NCBI GenBank assembly: GCA_030390025.1
Contig: CM059432.1
Location: 71,612,001 to 71,676,000, forward strand
From: Squalus acanthias
Lineage: Eukaryota
Direction of reading: 5' to 3'
Length of the DNA: 64,000 nt
Every line of letters starts with the position of its first letter. The stretch's first letter is position 1. The notes under the pieces are model-generated. The model saw only the letters and a program-made list of their open reading frames with translations. It did no database searches and had not been told where the DNA came from. Shown piece by piece: positions 1-10,239 of the stretch. The position numbers and the translations under genes are program-made.

Positions 1-540
1 TTGTCTTGCTCTTTGTGGACAAGACGTCCCGGGGCAATTTTTCACATTGTTGGGTAGATGCCAGTGTTGTAGCTGTGATGGAACAGCTTCACTAGGGTTG
101 AACCTAGTTCTGGAGCACAGGTCTTCACTGCAGCCTGGATGTTGTCGGTGCCCATATCCTTTGCTGTGTCCAGTGTACTCAGTCATTTCATGATGTCACA
201 TGGAGTCAATGAAATTATCTGCAGACTGGCATCTATGATTGTGGGGACCTGAGGAGAGCGAGAAGGATCATCCACTCGGCAGATTCTGGCTGAAGATGAT
301 TGCTAATACTTGTGGTTTGCACTCATTTGCTGGGTTCTGTCATCGTTGAAGTTGGGGATGTTCTTAGAGTCTCCTCTTCCTGTTAGATGCTTAATTGTCC
401 ACCACCATTCACGACTGAATATGGCAGGGCTGCAGAGCTTTGATCTGATCTGTTGCTTGTTTTAATAGCTCCTGGATGTGCCAGTATCTGTCATAGTTCT
501 GGATCCAGTGCAACAATGATAGACGATCCAGTCCAGAATA
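1..540 (-). mobile_element. Degenerate internal fragment of the LINE family whose ORF lies at 19284-20789
   Basis: Reverse complement matches ~20170-20735 (e.g. acaacactggcatcta, cagatcagatcaaagctctgcagccctgcca); runs off the window start. Confidence 0.75.
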
Positions 541-879
541 GAGGTGCATGTCAACCGATGCCTTACTCCCTGCTCCCTCTTGGGTCCTCATCTCTGCTCT
601 CTACTACATACCCGTGGAGAGAAAAAATCATTTTTGTACTTATCACGTTGGTCATTAAGTCCATCTTAATTCAACCAATCAGAACAACTCTACACTTCTC
701 CCACCACCCACCCTTGCTGCATCTAGTTGTTTCTTAAATGATTCCAGGGTTTTTGTCTACATCACTCAGCCTGCAAGCGTTGATCACTCTCTACATGACA
801 AAGAACCTTCTGATATCAGTGCTAAAGTCACCTTTTACTGGTTTCAACCAGTCTCACCTTGTCCTATTCCCACATTGGA

Positions 880-1260
880 ATTTAAAGTTTACTTGTACTT
901 CTTTCAATTCAGTATACTGTATTCACTGCTCATGATACTGTCTCCTCTACATTCGGGAGACAAAACGCAGATTGGGTGATCGTTTTGCTGAACACCTCCA
1001 TTCAGTCGCAAGCATGCCCCTGAGTTTCCGGTCGCTTGCCATTTTAATTCTCCTCCCCACTCCCACTCTGACCTCTCTGTCATCGGCCTCCTACACTGCT
1101 CCAATGAAGCTAAATGGTAGCTCAAGGAACAGCACATCATCTTTCGATTAAACACTTTACAACCTTCCAGACTCAGCATTAAGTTCAACAATTTCAGATC
1201 ATAATAATGCTCCCATTTTTTTCGGACAGCAGATGCTGGTATTGATTCTGCTGTTGCCAT
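880..1260 (+). mobile_element. Penelope-like element remnant (GIY-YIG endonuclease and start of 3' region)
   Basis: Translates as VYCIHCS*YCLLYIRETKRRLGDRFAEHLHSV, a GIY-YIG-like motif; 1180-1258 matches 58121-58195; ends at the CR1 insertion. Confidence 0.75.
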
Positions 1261-2606
1261 TATTCAAGAAGGGTAGTAGGGATAAACCAGGGAATTACAG
1301 GCCAGTGAGCCTAACATCAGTGGTAGGGAAATTATTGGAAAAAATTCTGAGGGACAGAATTAGTCTCCACTTGGAGAGGCAAGGATTAATCAAGGATAGT
1401 CAGCATGGCTTTGTCAGGGGGAGATCATGTCTGACCAATTTGATTGAATTTTTCGAGGGGGTGACTAGGTGTGTGGATGAGGGTAGTGCAGTTGATGTAG
1501 TCTACATGGACTTCAGTAAGGCTTTTGACAAAGTCCCACATGGGAGACTGGTCAAGAAGGTAAGAGCCCATGGGATCCAGGGTAATTTGGCACATTGGAT
1601 CCAAAATTGGCTTAGTGGCAGGAGGCAGAGGGTGATGGTCGAAGGTTGTCTTTGTGACTGGAAGCCTGTGTCCAGTGTTGTACCGCAGGGATTGGTGCTG
1701 GGTCCCTTGCTGTTTGTAGTGTACATTAATGATTTCGATATGAATGTAGGAGGTATGATCAGTAAGTTTGCAGATGACACGAAAATTGGTGGAGTGGTAA
1801 ATAGCGAGGAGGGAAGCCTCAGGCTACATGACGACATAGACGGGTTGGTTAGATGGGCAGAACAGTGGCAAATGGAATTTAACCCTGAAAAGTGTGAGGT
1901 GATGCATTTTGGGAGGACTAACAAGGCAAGGGAATACACAATGAATGGTAGGACCCTAGGAAGGACAGACGATCAGAGGGACGTTGGTGTGCATGTACAT
2001 AGATCCCTGAAGGCAGCAGGACAGGTAGATAAGGTGATTAAAAAGGCATATGGGATACTTGCCTTCATTAGCCGAGGCATAGAATATAAGAGCAGGGAGG
2101 TTATGATGGAGCTGTACAAAACGCTAGTTCGGCCACAGCTGGAATACTGTGTGCAGTTCTGGTCGCCACACTATAGGAAGGATGTGATTGCATTGGAGAG
2201 AGTGCAGAGGAGATTCACCAGGATGTTACCTGGGCTGGAGCGCTTCTGCTATGAAGAGAGACTGGACAGGCTGGGGTTGTTTTCCTTAGAGCAGAGAAGG
2301 CTGAGGGGGGACCTGATTGAGGTGTACAAAATTATGAGGGGCATAAATAGGGTAGATAAAAAGGAACTTTTCCCCTTAGTAGAGGGGTCAATAACCAGGG
2401 GGCATAGTTTCAAGGTAAGGGGCAGGAGGTTTAGAGGGGATTTGAGGAAAAACTTTTTCACCCAGAGGGTGGTTGGAATCTGGAACTCACTGCCTGAAAG
2501 GGTGGTAGAGGCAGGAACCCTCACAACATTCAAGAAACATTTAGATGAGCACTTGAAACGCCATAGCATACAAGGCTACGGACCAAGTGCTGGAAAATGG
2601 GATTAG
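1233..2606 (+). CDS. CR1 ORF2 reverse transcriptase, C-terminal part (457-aa open frame, 5'-truncated)
   Basis: Uninterrupted ORF with FADD catalytic motif; the first ~7 codons come from flanking Penelope sequence. Confidence 0.85.
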   Translation: MLVLILLLPLFKKGSRDKPGNYRPVSLTSVVGKLLEKILRDRISLHLERQGLIKDSQHGFVRGRSCLTNLIEFFEGVTRCVDEGSAVDVVYMDFSKAFDKVPHGRLVKKVRAHGIQGNLAHWIQNWLSGRRQRVMVEGCLCDWKPVSSVVPQGLVLGPLLFVVYINDFDMNVGGMISKFADDTKIGGVVNSEEGSLRLHDDIDGLVRWAEQWQMEFNPEKCEVMHFGRTNKAREYTMNGRTLGRTDDQRDVGVHVHRSLKAAGQVDKVIKKAYGILAFISRGIEYKSREVMMELYKTLVRPQLEYCVQFWSPHYRKDVIALERVQRRFTRMLPGLERFCYEERLDRLGLFSLEQRRLRGDLIEVYKIMRGINRVDKKELFPLVEGSITRGHSFKVRGRRFRGDLRKNFFTQRVVGIWNSLPERVVEAGTLTTFKKHLDEHLKRHSIQGYGPSAGKWD

Positions 2607-2686
2607 AATAGACAGGGCTTGATGGCCGGCGCGGACACGATGGGCCGAAGGGCCTCTTTCTGTGCTGTATAACTCTATGACTCTAT
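1255..2686 (+). mobile_element. 5'-truncated CR1 LINE (RT domain and 3' UTR)
   Basis: RT motifs NYRPVSLTS, QHGF, DFSKAFDKV, PQG.VLGP, FADD; 3' UTR ends in ctgtataactctatgactctat. Confidence 0.95.
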
Positions 2687-3587
2687 GGGGGAGAAATTCA
2701 GTATCGCCCCATTTGGGGCGCAATTATCGGCCGGGCGCAAAGATTAGCGCCTGGCGCTAATTATCGCCACCGACTGCAAACTTGACTTTTAACGCCCCTG
2801 GAGGTGATTGGAGCGCTAAATCAGGCGCTTCACACCTGTCTTAAGGCGCAAAGGCCAAGGAGCGAGGCGCTACCTCAGAGCGCTGGCGAAGCTCATGTGA
2901 TGTCAGTCAGCAATGGAACGCACACACAATGGCACCGGCCAGTTCTTAAAGGGGAGAGTTGATCTTGCTTTCCATCCACATCCTGCTCATTGCAGCCTTG
3001 AATCCTGGCCTGGAGAGACCTGCACATCAAATCTGCTGAAAAGAACAATGGAGAGTGCCAGGGAAAGAGCTTAGAGTGCAGCCCGCACAGTCTCTTCTAA
3101 ATCGCTACAAGGAATGGCAAATCAAAATGAACCTGCAAAGTGCTGCTCAGTACCCAAAACTCCTTCACACAGCGTTGAATCTCTCCAGAAGTCTCTCTCT
3201 CTCTCTCTCTCTCTCTCAGAATGCGTAGTTCAAAAATGGCACCAACAATAAAAGGCAGGAAGCGGTCGCCTTTAAATAGCGCTCCCCCAGTCCCTTCATG
3301 ACTGCAAAACGCTCCACTCAACCTGTCGTTGCTAGCGTCAGGCGGTAAGGCAGGGGGCGCCACTCAATATCTGCTCCGGGACGGTACCGGGGCGTTGCGC
3401 ACTCGACTGACGTCACGATCTGCTGGCGCAGGAGATCGTGGCGGTAGTGTTTAGCGCCGCCGCAAAATGTCTAGTTAATTTCGCGAGTGGCGCAAACATC
3501 GCCGCGCCCGGGCGCTAGATGCATTGTGCCCCATTAGCGCCCTTTTAAGGCGCTAATGGGAGGCACAACCAACTGAATTTTTCCCCC
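2687..3587 (+). mobile_element. PIF/Harbinger-type MITE family A, copy 1 (901 bp)
   Basis: TIRs GGGGGAGAAATTCAGT / ACTGAATTTTTCCCCC (15/16); 3-bp TSD TAT at 2684-2686 and 3588-3590; internal (CT)n; two more copies in the window. Confidence 0.92.
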
Positions 3588-3619
3588 TATGACTCTATTT
3601 ACAGCTCCTCTAGACCGCA

Positions 3620-4630
3620 GTATTTTGCCTTTGTATTAAAGTGGTATTCTGGATTAACCTTTTCCATACCATTTACAATCTTGTATACCTCTACGATAAT
3701 CTCTCGGGTGCCTTCGTTCTAGGCTGAAAAGTCCAAAAAATCCAGTATAACTCAGACACCTGACACTAGAGATCAGCCTTGTATCTTTCTGCACTGCCTC
3801 CAGTGCTTGACTGTCTCCCTTGTTATTCAATAAAGAACTGAATATAGTTCTGAAGATGTGGTCTGACCAGAGCACTGTACATTTTGATCACAACTTCCTC
3901 TGACTTGTATTCTATGTCATCCTCAGCTATTCCAACATCATGAAGTATGTGTGTTGCCCATTGTACTTTGCTACATGCGTTACTTTACACTTTTCTGCAT
4001 TAAATCTTCACCTGTCATTGTTTGATTGACTCACATTTTGTTTATTTCATACTGTAATTTGTGAGATGCCTCTTTCGATTCCACTGTGGAACAGGCTCGA
4101 GGAGCTGAATGGCCTACTCCTGTCCCTATGTTCCACTGCCGCTAAGTTTGATATCATCTGAAAATTTGAGCAGTTTGCATTAGATTTCTGAATTCAAGTC
4201 AATGATGTAAATTAGAAACAGTAGTGGTCCCAACAACAGTCGCTGGGGCATTCACTCAGTACTTTCCCCCACCCTAATATTAACGCTGTAACCAGTGCGT
4301 GTTGTTTTCTACCTTTCAGCCAGTTTCTTATCCATACCCAAGTTCTGCCCTGAATCCCCACAGCTTTGAGTTTAATTAATATTTTGTTTGTGTGGAACCT
4401 TATCAAATGCCATTTGGACATCTAAGTACACAACGGGTTTACCACAGTCAATCTGGATTGTCACTTCCTCAAAGAAATCATTAGTTGGTCAGACAGCATC
4501 TTCCCCATCTAAAGCCACATTGACTGCTGTTTACTGGTTACTATTGTACAGGTAGTTCTTAAGTTTACTCCTGATAATCAATTCAATTATTTTACATGGG
4601 ATTGCATTAAGACTAATGGGTTTGTAGTTG
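3620..4630 (-). mobile_element. Old degenerate CR1 LINE fragment
   Basis: Minus-strand remnants such as LEAVQK, GLFSLERR and WVWIRNWLKGRKQ, with many stops and indels. Confidence 0.7.
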
Positions 4631-5164
4631 CTTGTGCTGGTTCATCACCCTTTGAATTTGGGTGCCACATCAGTCTTTTTCCTTCTCACTGACTCCCTCA
4701 TAATGATCATCAGTACCTCACAAATCTTTTTGCTAGTGTCTCTTAATCTAATGAGAGGATCTGAGCTCCAAGGCAGTCCTCTGTGTATGTTGAGAGAAAG
4801 GCAGGGGGAGGGGTGAGAAAGAGAGAGAGATACAGAAGAGAGCAAAGACAGTGGGATGGAAAGAGTGAAAAAAGAGTTGGAGACATACAAAGGTATGAAG
4901 GAACAGAGATGACAAAAGTATTTGAGAGCCATTCAAAGAGAGGGAGACAGGCAAACAGAAAGAGAATAAAGTTGGAGACAGTTGCAAGAGTGATATCTCT
5001 TTTTGACTATGAGCAATATCACAAAAGATCAACTAGTCTTCAGAAATTTGCTCTTCACTATGGATTGCTTATGAACATTGCCTTTTCACACAAAATACAT
5101 TACAACACAATCTCCATAGTTATTTCCAAAAATAATCTAATTCACAAAAAGGGTTGTATGAAGG

Positions 5165-5353
5165 GGATTTTTTTTAATTCGCTTATGGGATCTGGGCGTC
5201 GCTGGCAAAGCCAGCATTTATTGTCCATCCCTAATTGCCCTTGAGAAGGTGGTGGTGAGCCGCCTTCTTGAACCACTGCAGTCCATGTGGTGATGGTACT
5301 CCCACAGTGCTGTTAGGTAGGGAGTTCCAGGATTTTGACCCAGCGACGATGAA
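5165..5353 (-). mobile_element. 3' tail fragment of the second LINE family
   Basis: Near-identical to 22025-22208 (ccagcatttattg...ctaattgcccttgagaaggtggtggtgagccgcc). Confidence 0.85.
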
Positions 5354-5584
5354 CTGCTACGATACCATGTTTATTATATTTATGTGACCGGTCTAATAAC
5401 TCATTTGTCATTCATGAACTGAAGCCAGTCTCAATCTGTGCTCAACATGTTTTAATGCCTATTTTCACCAAGTATGCTCTATATTATCCCAGGTTATTTT
5501 TTTCACAAGTTTCTCACAGATACCTATTCATCCAGGTACTCTATTTATTGTAAGAAAGTTAAAGTTCCTCTTTTGTGTTCTTGT

Positions 5585-7380
5585 AATGTAGAGGCTCAGC
5601 TTCCTCGACCTCCCGGAGGAGCAGTGCTTCCACATGCTCAGGTGGTCACATCAGATGGTGGCAGACATCTGCAACATCCTAGAAGACCTGCTGTCTGCTG
5701 GATCTGGTGGCCACGCATTACCAGTGGCTGTGAAGGCCACCACCGCCCTGAATTTTTTTGCCTCTGGTTCCTTCCAGGGTGCTACCGGAGACATATCGAA
5801 GGTCTCGCAGTCCATTGCACATAAATGCATGGATTGTTTGCCAGAGCTGGGAATTATGTTAACTTCCCCTGTGATGACAATAGCCAGAATGAGCAGGCAC
5901 TTGGATTCGCCTCTCTGGCTGAATTCCCACAGGTGTAAGGTGCCATCGATTGCACACACGTGGCAACCCAAGCACCACCACAGCAACCAGAGTTTTTTAT
6001 AAACCGCATCCATGCGCAGCTGCTGTGCAACCACAAGAAGAGGTTCATGCAGGTGTGTGCCAGATTCCCTTGGCGCTGTTATGATGCTTTCATATTGCAA
6101 CAGTCCAAGATTTCAGACCAATGGGTCCCGTGCTGTATTGATATTCATCACGAAACCAGTGAAAGGACGAGTTGACATTCGGGATGCAATAATGGGTAAG
6201 ACATGAAAATGGTGCTAAGCAATAAATTTTATGTGTCCTTATAAGAAAAGGAAACTTAACAACATAACATTTATATAACACCCATATCCTTAGTGTATTA
6301 CAATTTCTTCAACTTACGCTTCTTACCGTTTCTACGTGTTGCATCCTGTGTGGCTTCAGCAGAGGTAGAGGCAGGCTGCTCAGACCCTTGCTGTGACTGC
6401 TGAGATGCTTTTGGCCAATGCCCTCTGGGTTTTGGAGATCCTGTGTGACCCCTGTCAAAGACTGCTCCACCTGCACCCTCAGATTTGGCCATCCAGAGAC
6501 AAGGCAGCATGTCGGATACTGGCTAGAGTGAGTGGGGGGCAACTGGTGAGAAGTGACAGCGCTTTGAGTGGAGTTCCCACTTCCATGTCACCTTTCACTA
6601 TCATCCCTCTCCTGAGCCAGTGCCACATCACTCCTACCACCCTGCTGCAGACCAGCTTGGTGGTGATCAGTGGCCCGTTGTAAGGCCATAGATAAGGTAT
6701 ATGTCATCCTGTTTAAGGCAGCAGACATGTTGGCATCCAAAGTCTGCATGGCTGTGGTTATGGCCTGGATAGATTCATTTGAGAGCCGTACTTGAAGCTC
6801 CATGGAGGCGGACTCTTTCTCCATGGCAGACGTTCTCGCAATTCCCTGCACCACCAATCCACTAGCGATGGTATTGGACTTCTCCATCCTCTCCGCTATT
6901 GTGCTGAGTGTGTGTGGCACATCTGTCAGTACCTCTCTAGGTTGCTGATGTACCACTAGCATTCTCTGTCTCAAAGAAAGCCCCCGGGGTTCAGCGACTG
7001 TGTCCAGCTGAGCAGAGCTTGGAGAAGATACCTTCTTGGTGAGCGCTGCAGGTTTCTTCCTCCCATTGCTGGGAAAAAGTATGTCCCTCCTGCTCCTGAC
7101 TGCACCCAGCAGTAATTCCAGTGATGCACCATATAACCTGGGTGCAGCCCTTGCTCTATCTGCATTCCTCATAAACACCTCCTGGCTCCTCCAATTTCCA
7201 TTTGTAGATTGTCCCATTAAACAGAGCTGAGATTGTGTCATCACACCCACTGTGCAGCTTGGAGACGTGAAATTCAGAAATCAAAATTTGTTGCTTCAAT
7301 TCACAGATGCCGACTCGTTGACTTGACTTCCGGGTTTCGCCCCACAATTCCATCCCCATGCTCGGAAGTCGCCTTCAGGT
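5585..7380. mobile_element. Degenerate PIF/Harbinger transposon: HARBI1-like transposase remnant (+, ~5590-6120) convergent with a Myb/SANT-like gene remnant (-, ~7170-6290)
   Basis: ALPVAVKATTALNFFASGSFQGATGDISKVSQS and LLCNHKKRFMQVCARFP on +; RARAAPRLYGASLELLLGAVRSRRDILFP on -; TIRs not resolved. Confidence 0.8.
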
Positions 7381-8529
7381 TACTATCGGGGCCCTTCTCT
7401 CCCTCAGTTCTTCCTTCTACAATTTACTGGCTGTTAAAGTTTGGCTTCACATAGTCACCACTTCCAATTTATCTCTAATGTTCTGTATTATTGGCCTTGC
7501 CCATTCACCTTGATTTCTCAATGAAGTTAAATAATAATACAGCCATGCCATATGCTATGTTGTAATGCAACTAAACAGGCCTCATTCTGTGCACAGCCGT
7601 GGAAGGCTAACTAGAATCAAATACGTACTACTAGTTAATGCACCATGGGGCCGATTTTTAATTTTCGCCATTCATCGGGTGGGCTGTAAGCAGAGCGATT
7701 GCAACGCCAGCCTGATGAACTATATTTGTGCTGGGGCCTCATTAAAATAATATCGTTGAGCTGGCAATGTTGCCCCCACAAAAATCATTGGCAAAGCAAA
7801 TTTTCAATGTTTATGGAGTGGCCTGCAGCCGCCCTGAAGGACTGCTGGTTCAGCTGCTGAGCACTCACTTGCACTGGGTAGAGTCCAGTGGAAGAGCAAA
7901 ATTGCATTGGGTTCCTACATATTGCCTAGATGTAGATTTACATGTTAATAAGGCTCCCAGCTGTTTTGGGCAGGAACTCTGGCTGCCTATTTCGAGGCCC
8001 TCTTGAAAATAGCATCGGACAGGCCTCAGGCAAGAAGTTATTTTGTCCAATTTTCTTCTCGCTACCAGCCTGTTCATGCTGAAAAATGCAGTGGTAGTGG
8101 GACGAACATTGCCTCCCATATATCTTAAACTGATTGAAGGCATGCTGCTCGCTACAGAAGAACTACTATGAGCCTGGTATCAAATATGCATATTTCCTTC
8201 AAAGCTGGTAACGAAAAGCTTGCATGTTAAGTTTAAAAGAAAAGGGAAAGTCTTATCTAACTCCTGTCTAATAATAATACTTGGGCTCCCTCATAAGAAG
8301 TTACTCTTCCAGGGCAGCCCTCCAAAGTTGGTTTCCTTCCCCCATGCTACTTCCCCCAAAATCCATTCATATGATAATAGAAGGAAAAGGCTCAGAAATA
8401 ATGTAGCCCCAGCTCATATAAATTAATTTGCTGCCAGCAATTGGGATAAAAACAGAATCTTCTAGAAATACAAGGCAGGTGCATCAGTCTTTATTTTTAC
8501 AACAATCCAAAGGCTTTTCTGATTATTTT

Positions 8530-8620
8530 TCTAGTATCGGTCTACAAATTAACAGATTTACTAAATTTGATTTCAAAACTTGCCATGGTGGGATTTGAGC
8601 TCATGATTGCTAGCTCGCTA
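8530..8620 (-). mobile_element. Degenerate tRNA-derived SINE head fragment
   Basis: Minus strand gagctcaaatcccaccatggcaag...aaatctg has a B-box-like motif and resembles the start of the 18935 leader. Confidence 0.4.
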
Positions 8621-10239
8621 CTCCAGCACCATAAACTCTAGGCTGCCATACGCATCATCTATAAAGGGAAAGATTGGATAATATTTCATCAAAACCCAGG
8701 TCTCTAATTGGATCATGAATCTGCTTTCATATTGGATCTCGGGGAGGGAGTTTATTAGATTGTTGGGAGGTGGGGAGGCACATTCTGTGCATGTGACTGG
8801 CTGTAGCACTTTGGCCAGCTGCATGCACAGAATAGTATTGTATTGATTTTTATCATGATGTCACTACAAGGATAACATTAGTGCATTATGACGCCGCTAT
8901 CGAAATGTACAGCTGAGAGGACAGGTGTTCCTCGCCACTGGTCAGAAATATCTCAGCAGATTAACCCTGATGATGTGCTGACTGTAGAAGACCTACACTA
9001 AGGGAGCCAATAATCAAAGAGCAACATAAAAGTGTTTATAGTCTCCATTGCCAGATACAGGGCACCCTAAGCACTGATATTTAATATCTTATTCTTTGGG
9101 ATTTCATCTGCAAACCTGCATATATTGAACCATTAGTAGACTCCTTCAGAAAGCCATCAGTTCTCTTTTCCCAGAGGTAAAATTTAAACATTTCTTTATC
9201 ATATTACACTCATGTTAAAAATTATTATTTCTTACAATCTTTTATTCTGACTAGATAATTGCATTCTGAATACCAAAAACTACTCATAGAAGCTAGTTCA
9301 AAAATAGCAAGTATTGGAAGAGAATTCTGTATAAAATATGAACATTTTTCTAGTGATTAATCATCGCAAATGTAATTCTGACAGCGCAAGTAATTCCTGA
9401 ACTTCAATTCAGAAACACACTTCTGTTAGCTGAGCTACAGCTCCTATCATTCAATTGCTCATGTTATTTAAAGTTGGAGTATTTGTGAAAAATTTCCTGA
9501 TCTGCTTTCCTCTTGATGCATTTGAGGAACCGAGTTAGCTACAGGGCAGTATAATGACAGTTAAGCTAACCTTTTAACTGGCAGTGTAGTGAAATGGAAA
9601 ACTGTCACTTGAGGCCAGTGAATGAAATGTGTAAATCCAGATTAGATAAATCTACCCTCCAATTTATTGGCTCTCCCTTAAGGATTTAAACTCAAATTGA
9701 ACACTATAATTGTTTACCTATTAAATGCAATGAACTGCCTCAAGCAGTATCTGTCTTGCCAGATTTGTGGCAAATACAGCAACTGACAATTACTTGGTAC
9801 AAAGAACAAAAGGTAATCACCTGTTTTAAGCCTGTAGTCGTGGTTTTCAAACTTTTCTGAGTGAGGGGAGCCCTTTTGTATATTACACATTCCCAGGATC
9901 CCTTATCCTAACTTTCAAAAAACTATGATTATAAAAACCTTTTTATTACTGTAGTTGACTTGTTATAGTGCTGCTCAGGGAAGGCAGAGGAACTGGATTT
10001 TTAGAAGGAAGTGGATGGCATGTGGAATTAATTTAAGTGAGCTGCAGGATTCCAACTCTTTATGTAATGTTACTTAGAATATATTATTAACAGGGCTACT
10101 GATTTATGGTGACTGAATAAGTGAAATTATATTCTGATTGTTTAATATTGTGGTAGTATTAGTGTTTTTGGACTCTGATTTTGAAAGTGTGTGAACATTG
10201 ACATGAAATGCAAGATGGTAGCCACACGTTTGCATCACT

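Noticed and set aside
1502..1939. Antisense ORFs over CR1 RT (also 61260-61742, 62262-62630)
   Set aside because: Common by-product of RT codon usage; no independent evidence of function
3097..3363. Recurrent 77-88 aa ORF MAPPALPP.. in all three MITE A copies
   Set aside because: Starts at GTG, crosses a variable (GA)n tract and changes frame in copy 3; recurrence just reflects copy identity
7647..8100. MITE-like start ggggccgattttt
   Set aside because: No matching right TIR or TSD found; probably a decayed element but boundaries are unsupported
8856..8916. C/D box snoRNA (atgatgt..ctga)
   Set aside because: Imperfect C box, no terminal stem and no recognisable guide sequence
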